A DNA stretch of 64,000 nucleotides, from NCBI RefSeq assembly GCF_009914755.1, contig NC_060940.1. The stretch is one strand, 5' to 3'. A program made the translations under genes and the position numbers. Below, piece by piece: positions 57,320 to 64,000 of this stretch. The notes under the pieces are model-generated. The model searched no databases and was not told the origin of the DNA. It worked only from the letters and a program-made list of their open reading frames with translations. The stretch's first letter is position 1; every line of letters begins with the position of its first letter. The stretch comes from the human T2T-CHM13v2.0 reference genome, Homo sapiens.

Positions 57320-60300
57320 TCCATTCGTGTCCATTCGATGATTCCATTTGATTCCATATGATGATGATTCCATTCGATTCCATACGATGATGATTCCATT
57401 CGAGTCCATTCAATGGTGATTCCATTCAATTCCATTCGATGATTCCTTTCGATTCCATTCAATGATGATGGCATTCGATTCCTTTCGATCATTCCCTTTG
57501 ATTCCATTCAAAGGTGATTTCATTCAAGTCCATTCGATAATTGCATTCGATTCCATTCTATGATGATTCCATTCGAGTCCATTTGATGATTCCATTCAAT
57601 TCAAGTCAATGATGATTCCATTCGATTCCACTCGATGATTCCATTGGATTCCATTCGATGATGATTCCATTAAAATCCATTCGATAATTCAATTCAAGTC
57701 CATTCGATGATGATTCCAATCGAATCCATTCAAAGATTCCAGTCAATTCCATTCGATGATGATTCCCTTAGATTCCATTCGATGATTCCACTTGATTCCA
57801 TTTACGATGATTCCATTCGATTCCATGTGATGAATCCATTCAATTCTATTCAATGATGTTTCCACTTGATTCCATTCGAACATGATTGCCTTTGATTCCA
57901 TTCAATGATTCCATACGGTTCCATTTGATGATGATTCCATTCGAGTGCATTAGATGATTCCATTCGAGTCCATTCGATGATTCCATTCGATTCCATTCGA
58001 TGTTGATTCTGTTCAAATCCATTTGATGATTCCACTCGATTCCATTCGATGACTCCAGTTGATCCCATTCGATGATTTCCTTTGATTCCCTTTGATGATC
58101 ATTCCATTTGATTCAATTCGGTGATTTCATTTGATTCCATTCAGTGATGTTTCCATTCAACTCCTTTCGATGATGATTCCATTCGACTCCATTCGATTAT
58201 GATTTCATTCAATTCCATTCGATAATGATTCCATTCAAGTCCATTCGATGATTCCATTCGATTCCATTCAACGATGATTTGATTTGTGTCCATTCGATGA
58301 TTCCATTCGATTCCATTTGATGATGATTCCATTCGAGTCCCTTTGATGATTCCATTCAATTCCATTCTCCGATGATTTCTTTTGAGCCCATTCAATGCTT
58401 CCACTCGATTCCATATGATGATGACTCCATTTGATGAAATTCCATGATGATTCCATTTGCTTGCATTCGATGATGATTCCACTTGAGTCCGTTAGAAGAT
58501 TCTATTCAATTACATTCCATGACGATTCTGTTCGAGTCCATTTGATGATTCCATTAGACTCCATTCGACGATGATTCCATTCGATGTTATTCGATGATGA
58601 TTCCATTCAACTCCATTCGATGTTTCCATTCGAGTTCATTCTATTATTCCATTAGATTCCATTCGATGATGATTCCATTCGATTCCATTTGATGATTGCA
58701 TTCTATTTCATTTGATGATGATTCCATTCGAGTCCATTCGATGATTCCATTCGAGTCCATTTAATGAATCCATTGGTTTCAATTCTATGATGATTACATT
58801 GGATTCCATTCGTTGATGATTTCATTCGATTCCATTCAATGATGATTCCATTCAATTCCATTCAATGATTCCACTCAATTCCATACGATGATGATTCCAT
58901 TTGATTTGATTCGACAGTGAGCCATTCGATTCAATTCCATGATGACTCTATTTGATTCAATTGGTTGACATTTCCATTCGATTCCATTCGATGATGATTC
59001 CATTTGATTCCATTCAAAGATGATTCCATTCTAGCCCATTCAATCATTCCATTCGATTCTATTCAATGATGATTCCATTCATGTCGATTTGGTGATTCCA
59101 TTTGACTTCATTTGATGATGATTCCTTTCAAGTTCATTAGATGATTCCATTCGATTCCATTTGATAATGATCCCATTCGAGTCTATTCAGTGATTCCACT
59201 CGTTTCCATTCCATGATGATTCCATTCCATTCCATTCAATGATTCCATTCGATTCCGTTTGATGATGATTTCATTCGAGTCCATTTGATGATTCCATTTG
59301 ATTCCATTTGATGATGATTACCTTCGAGTCCATACGATGATTCCACTCAATTCCATATGATGATGATTCCATTCGATTCCATTCGATGATTCCAGTCTAT
59401 TCTATTCAATGGTGATTCCATTCGAGTACATTAGATGATTCCATTCGATTCCATTCAATGATGATTCTATTTGTGTCCCTTAGATGGTTCCACATGATTC
59501 CATTTCATGATGATACTATTTGAGCCCATCCAATGATTCCCTTCGATTCCATTCGATGAGGATTCCATTCGATTCATTTCATTGGTGATTCTATTCAATT
59601 CAATTCTTTGATTCCATTCCATTCCATTCGACAATGATTCCATTCGATTTCTTTCGATGATTCCACTCGATTCCACTTGACATTGATTCCATTCGATTCC
59701 ATTCAATGATTCCGTTTGATTCCAGTGGATGATGATTGCCATCGATTCCATTCGATCACTCCATTCTATTCCATTTGATGATGATTACATTCGATTCCAT
59801 TTGATGATTCCATCTGATTCTATTCGAGGATTCCATTTGATTCCATTCGATGATGATTCCATTCGAGTGCATTCGATGATTTCATTCGAGTACATCCAAT
59901 GATTCCATTCGAGTCCATTTGATGATTCCATTTGATTCCATTTGATTATGATTCTACTAGAGTCCATTCAATGACTCCATTCGAATCCATTCAACAATTC
60001 CATTCGACTCCATTTGATGATTCCATTCGATTCCATTTGATGATTCCATTCGAGTCCATTTAATCATTACAGACGAGTCCATTTGGTGATTCCACCGGAT
60101 TTCTTTTGATAATGATACCATACAATTACATTTGATGATGATCCCATTCAATTTCATTTGATGATGATTCCATTAGAGTCCATTCGATGATTTCATTCGA
60201 GTCCCTTCACTGATTCCATCCGATTTCATTGGATGATGACTCCATTCGAGTCCATTCGATGATTCCACTCGATTCCATTAGATGATTCCATTGGAGTCCA

Positions 60301-63185
60301 TTTGATTGTTCCATTCGATTCCATTCGATTCCTTTCGAAGATTATTCCATTTGAGTCCATTCGATGATGATTCCATTCCATTCCATTCGATGATTCCGTT
60401 TGATTCCATTCGATGATTCCCTTCGATTCCTTTCTTTGATGATTCCATTCCATTCCATTCAATGATTCCATTCGAATCTATTCCATGATGATTCCTTTCG
60501 ATTCCATTCGCTGATGTTTCCGTTCAATTCCATTCGATGATGATTCCATTCGATTCCATTCATTGAGGATTCCATTTGATTCCATTCAATGATGATTCCG
60601 TTCTATTCCATTCAATGATTGCATTCAATTCCATTCAATGATTATCCCCTTAGAGTAAACTCAACGATTCCATTCAATACCATTCGATGATGATTCCTTT
60701 TGAGTCCATTCAATGATTTCATTCAAGTCCATTTGATGATTCCTTTCAATTCCATTCTATGATGATTCCATTCGAGTCCATTCGATGATTCCATTCGATT
60801 GCATTCGATGATTCCATTATATTCCATTCAACGATGATTCCATTCGAGTCCATTCGATGATTCCATTAGAGTACATTTAATGATTGCTTTGTTTTCAATT
60901 CGAAGATGATTACATTGGATTCCATTCTATGATACCATTCGATTCCATTCAATGATGATTCCACTCAAATCCATTGGATGATTCCATTCGTGTCCATTCG
61001 GTGATTTCATTAGATTCCATTCGAGGATGATTCCATTCGATTCCATTCGATGATTCCATTCAATTCCATTCGATGATGATTCCATTCCAGTCCATATGAT
61101 CATTCCATTTGATTTCATTCGATGATGATTCCATTCGATTCCATTCGATGATTCCATTCTATTCCATTCGATGATGATTCCATTCGAGTCCATTCGATGA
61201 TTCCATTCGAGTCCATTTAATGATTCCATTGGGTTCAATTCAATGATGATTACATTGGATTCCGTTCTATGATTCCATTCAATTCCGTTCATTGACAATT
61301 TGATTCCATTCGATGATGATTCCATTTGAGTTCATTCGATGATTCTATTCGATTCTCTTCGATGGTGATTCAATTCTATTATATTGGATGATTCCATTCG
61401 ATTCCATTTGATGTTGATTCAATTCGATTCTATTCGATGATGATTCCATTGGATTTCACTTGATGATTCTATTCGATTCCATTCAATGATGATTCACTTC
61501 TCGTCCATTGGATGATTCCATTTCATTCCATTCGATGATGATTCCATTCGATTCCATTCGATGATTCCATTTGATTCCATGCGACGGTGAGCAATTCGAT
61601 TCAATTCCATGATGATTCTATTTGATTCAATTAGATGATGTTTCCATTCGAATCCATTCCATGATTATTCCATTGGAATCCATTCGGCGATGATTCCATA
61701 TGAGTCAATTCAATGATGATTCCATATGGGTCCGTTCGATGATAATTCCATTTGATTTCATTCGGTGCTTCTATTCAATTCCAGTCGATGATGATTCCGT
61801 TGGAGTCCATACGATGATTCCATTTGATTTCATTTGATGATGATTCCATTCGATGATGATTACATTGGATTCCATTCTATGATTCCATTCAATTCCATTC
61901 GTTGATGATTCGATTCCATTCAATGATGATTCCATTTGAGTTCATTCGATGATTCTATTCGATTCCGTTCGATGGTGATTCAATTCTCTTATATTGGATG
62001 ATTCCACTCGATTCCATTTGATGATTATTCCATTGGAGTCCACTTAGTGAATCCTTTAGATTCTACTCGAAGATGATTCCATTCGAGTCCATTCGATGAT
62101 ACCATTCAATTCCATTCGTTGATGCTTCCATTCAAGTGCATTCGATGATATCATTCGATTCCATTTGATGATAATTCCATTTGATTCCATGCGATGATTC
62201 TATTCGATTCCATTCAATGATAATTCCATTCAATTCAGTGATTCCTCTGGACTCCATTTGATGATGATTCCATTCAATGATTCCATTCGATTCTATTCGA
62301 AAATGATTCCATTTGAATCCATTTGATGATGATTCCATTAGATTCCATTTGATGATTCCATTCGATTCCATTTGACGATGATTCCATTCGATTCCATTTG
62401 ATGATTCCATTCTATTCTATTCGATGATGATTCCATTCGATTCCATTTGATGATGATTGGATTCGATTCCATTTGATGATTTCATTTGATTCCATTCGTT
62501 AATGATTTCGATCAACTCCATTCGATGATTCCATTTGATTCCATTCGATAATGATTACATCCGAGTCCATTCGATGATTCCATTTGAGCCCGTTCGATAA
62601 TTCCATTTGAGTCCAATCAATGATTCCATTCATTTCCATTCAATGATTCCATTCGAGTCCATTTGATCATTCTGGTAGGGTCCGTTCGATGTTGATTCCA
62701 TTGGAGTGCATTCGATGATTCCATTCGAGTCCATTTTATGATTTGATTCGAGTCCTTTCGATGATTCCATTCGATTCCACTCGATGATGATTTCATTCGA
62801 GTCCATTCGACACTTCCAATCGATTCCATTTGATGTTTCCATTCGAGTCCAATTGATGATTCCATTCAATTCCATTCGATGATGATTCCGTACGATTCCA
62901 TTCTGTGATGATTCCATGTGATTGCATTCAATGATGATTCCTTTCGATTGCATTCGATTATGATTCATTTCGTGTTCATTCTATGGTTCCACAGGTTTCC
63001 ATTCGATGACGTTTCCGTTCGTGTCCATTCCATTATTCCATTCTATTTCATTTGATGATGATTCCATTCGATTCCATTCATTGGTGATTCCACTCAATTC
63101 CATTCAATGATTCCATTCCATTTCTTTCAACAATGATTCCCTTAGTTTCTATTCGATGATCCACTTGATTCCATTTGGCGATGAT
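57320..63185 (+). repeat. Diverged-type unit U13, 5,866 bp (6,131 minus deletions of 72, 23 and 170 bp)
   Basis: Offsets step 57,322 -> 57,250 -> 57,227 -> 57,057 -> 57,073 along the copy; the deletion junctions are readable at about 57,935, about 58,595 and 59,319/59,320. Confidence 0.87.
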
Positions 63186-64000
63186 TCCATTCGTGTCCAT
63201 TCGATGATTCCATTTGATTCCATATGATGATGATTCCATTCGATTCCATATCATGATGATTCCATTCGACTCCATTCAATGGTGATTCCATTCAATTCCA
63301 TTCGATGATTCCTTCCGATTCCATTCGATGATGATGGCATTCGATTCCTTTCAATCATTCCCTTTGATTCCACTCAAAGGTGATTTCATTCAAGTCCATT
63401 CGATAATTGCATTCGATTCCATTCTATGATGATTCCATTCGAGTCCATTTGATGATTCCATTCAATTCAAGTCAATGATGATTCCATTCGATTCCACTCG
63501 ATGATTCCATTGGATTCCATTCGATGATGATTCCATTCAAATCCATTCGATAATTCAATTCAAGTCCATTCGATGATGATTCCAATCGAATCCATTCAAA
63601 GATTCCATTCAATTCCATTCGATGATGATTCCCTTAGATTCCATTCGATGATTCCACTTGATTCCATTTACGATGATTCCATTCGATTCCATGTGATGAA
63701 TCCATTCAATTCTATTCAATGATGTTTCCATTTGATTCCATTGGACCATGATTGCCTTTGATTCCATTCAATGATTCCATTCGGTTCCATTTGATGATGA
63801 TTCCGTTCGATTCCATTTCATTATTCCATTTGATTCCATTGGATGAGTCCATTCGATTACATTCGATGATTATTCCATTCGAGTGCATTAGATGATTGCA
63901 TTCGAGTCCATTCGATGATTCCATTCGATTCCATTCGATGTTGATTCTGTTCAAATCCATTCGATGATTCCACTCGATTCCATTCGATGACTCCATTTGA
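63186..64000 (+). repeat. Start of diverged-type unit U14 (runs off the window)
   Basis: TCCATTCGTGTCC unit start at 63,186; the marker ORF at 63,712 corresponds to 524 (offset 63,188). Confidence 0.87.

Larger units (their letters stand above)
1..64000 (+). repeat. Human satellite 2 (HSat2/HSATII) tandem array, probably subfamily HSat2B (pericentromeric heterochromatin, chr16q11.2-like); CATTC strand on +
   Basis: Continuous diverged (CATTC)n with the HSat2 motifs CATTCGATTC, CATTCGAGTC and GATGATGATTC arranged as 23/26-bp monomers, with no unique sequence anywhere. The 6,112-bp periodicity fits the known ~6.1-kb HSat2B period (subfamily and chromosome are inferred from this). Confidence 0.96.

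Noticed and set aside
524-63996. About 150 minus-strand ORFs encoding MESNGIIEW-like peptides
   Set aside because: These are the expected translation of (GAATG)n-derived satellite. The minus strand is ATG-rich and stop-poor, and the ORFs are short, overlap in several frames, recur with the repeat period and appear or disappear with single substitutions. There is no evidence of coding function.
1-64000. CRISPR-like array of 23-26-bp repeats
   Set aside because: The monomers are contiguous and degenerate with no unique spacers, leader or cas genes.
1-64000. Inversion or strand switch
   Set aside because: I saw no GAATG-rich stretch on the + strand; orientation is uniform.

Overview
The whole 64-kb window is classical satellite DNA: human satellite 2 (HSat2/HSATII), built from diverged 23/26-bp monomers (GATGATTCCATTCGA[T/G]TCCATTC family) with the CATTC strand on + throughout. 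I see no genes, mobile elements or RNA genes, and the listed ORFs are translation artefacts of the GAATG strand. The real information is architectural. (i) A homogeneous 6,112-bp higher-order unit covers about 1-52,300; this period matches the ~6.1-kb HSat2B periodicity known from chr16 pericentromeric heterochromatin, although the chromosome assignment is an inference. (ii) Two microhomology-joined register jumps, at 8,910/8,911 (back 1,899 bp) and 18,175/18,176 (back 2,404 bp), interrupt it; the first closes an 8,011-bp tandem duplication. (iii) From about 52.3 kb the array becomes a more diverged layer with a 6,131-bp unit type, monomer-quantised deletions (23, 72, 23, 170 bp) and a 1,831-bp HSat2 block that does not align to the unit. 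(iv) Shared private variants 9,993 bp apart suggest a ~10-kb super-period. I found no evidence for a new protein-coding system; the findings concern satellite structure and evolution. All offsets were derived by hand from the ORF-track spacing and checked against the sequence.
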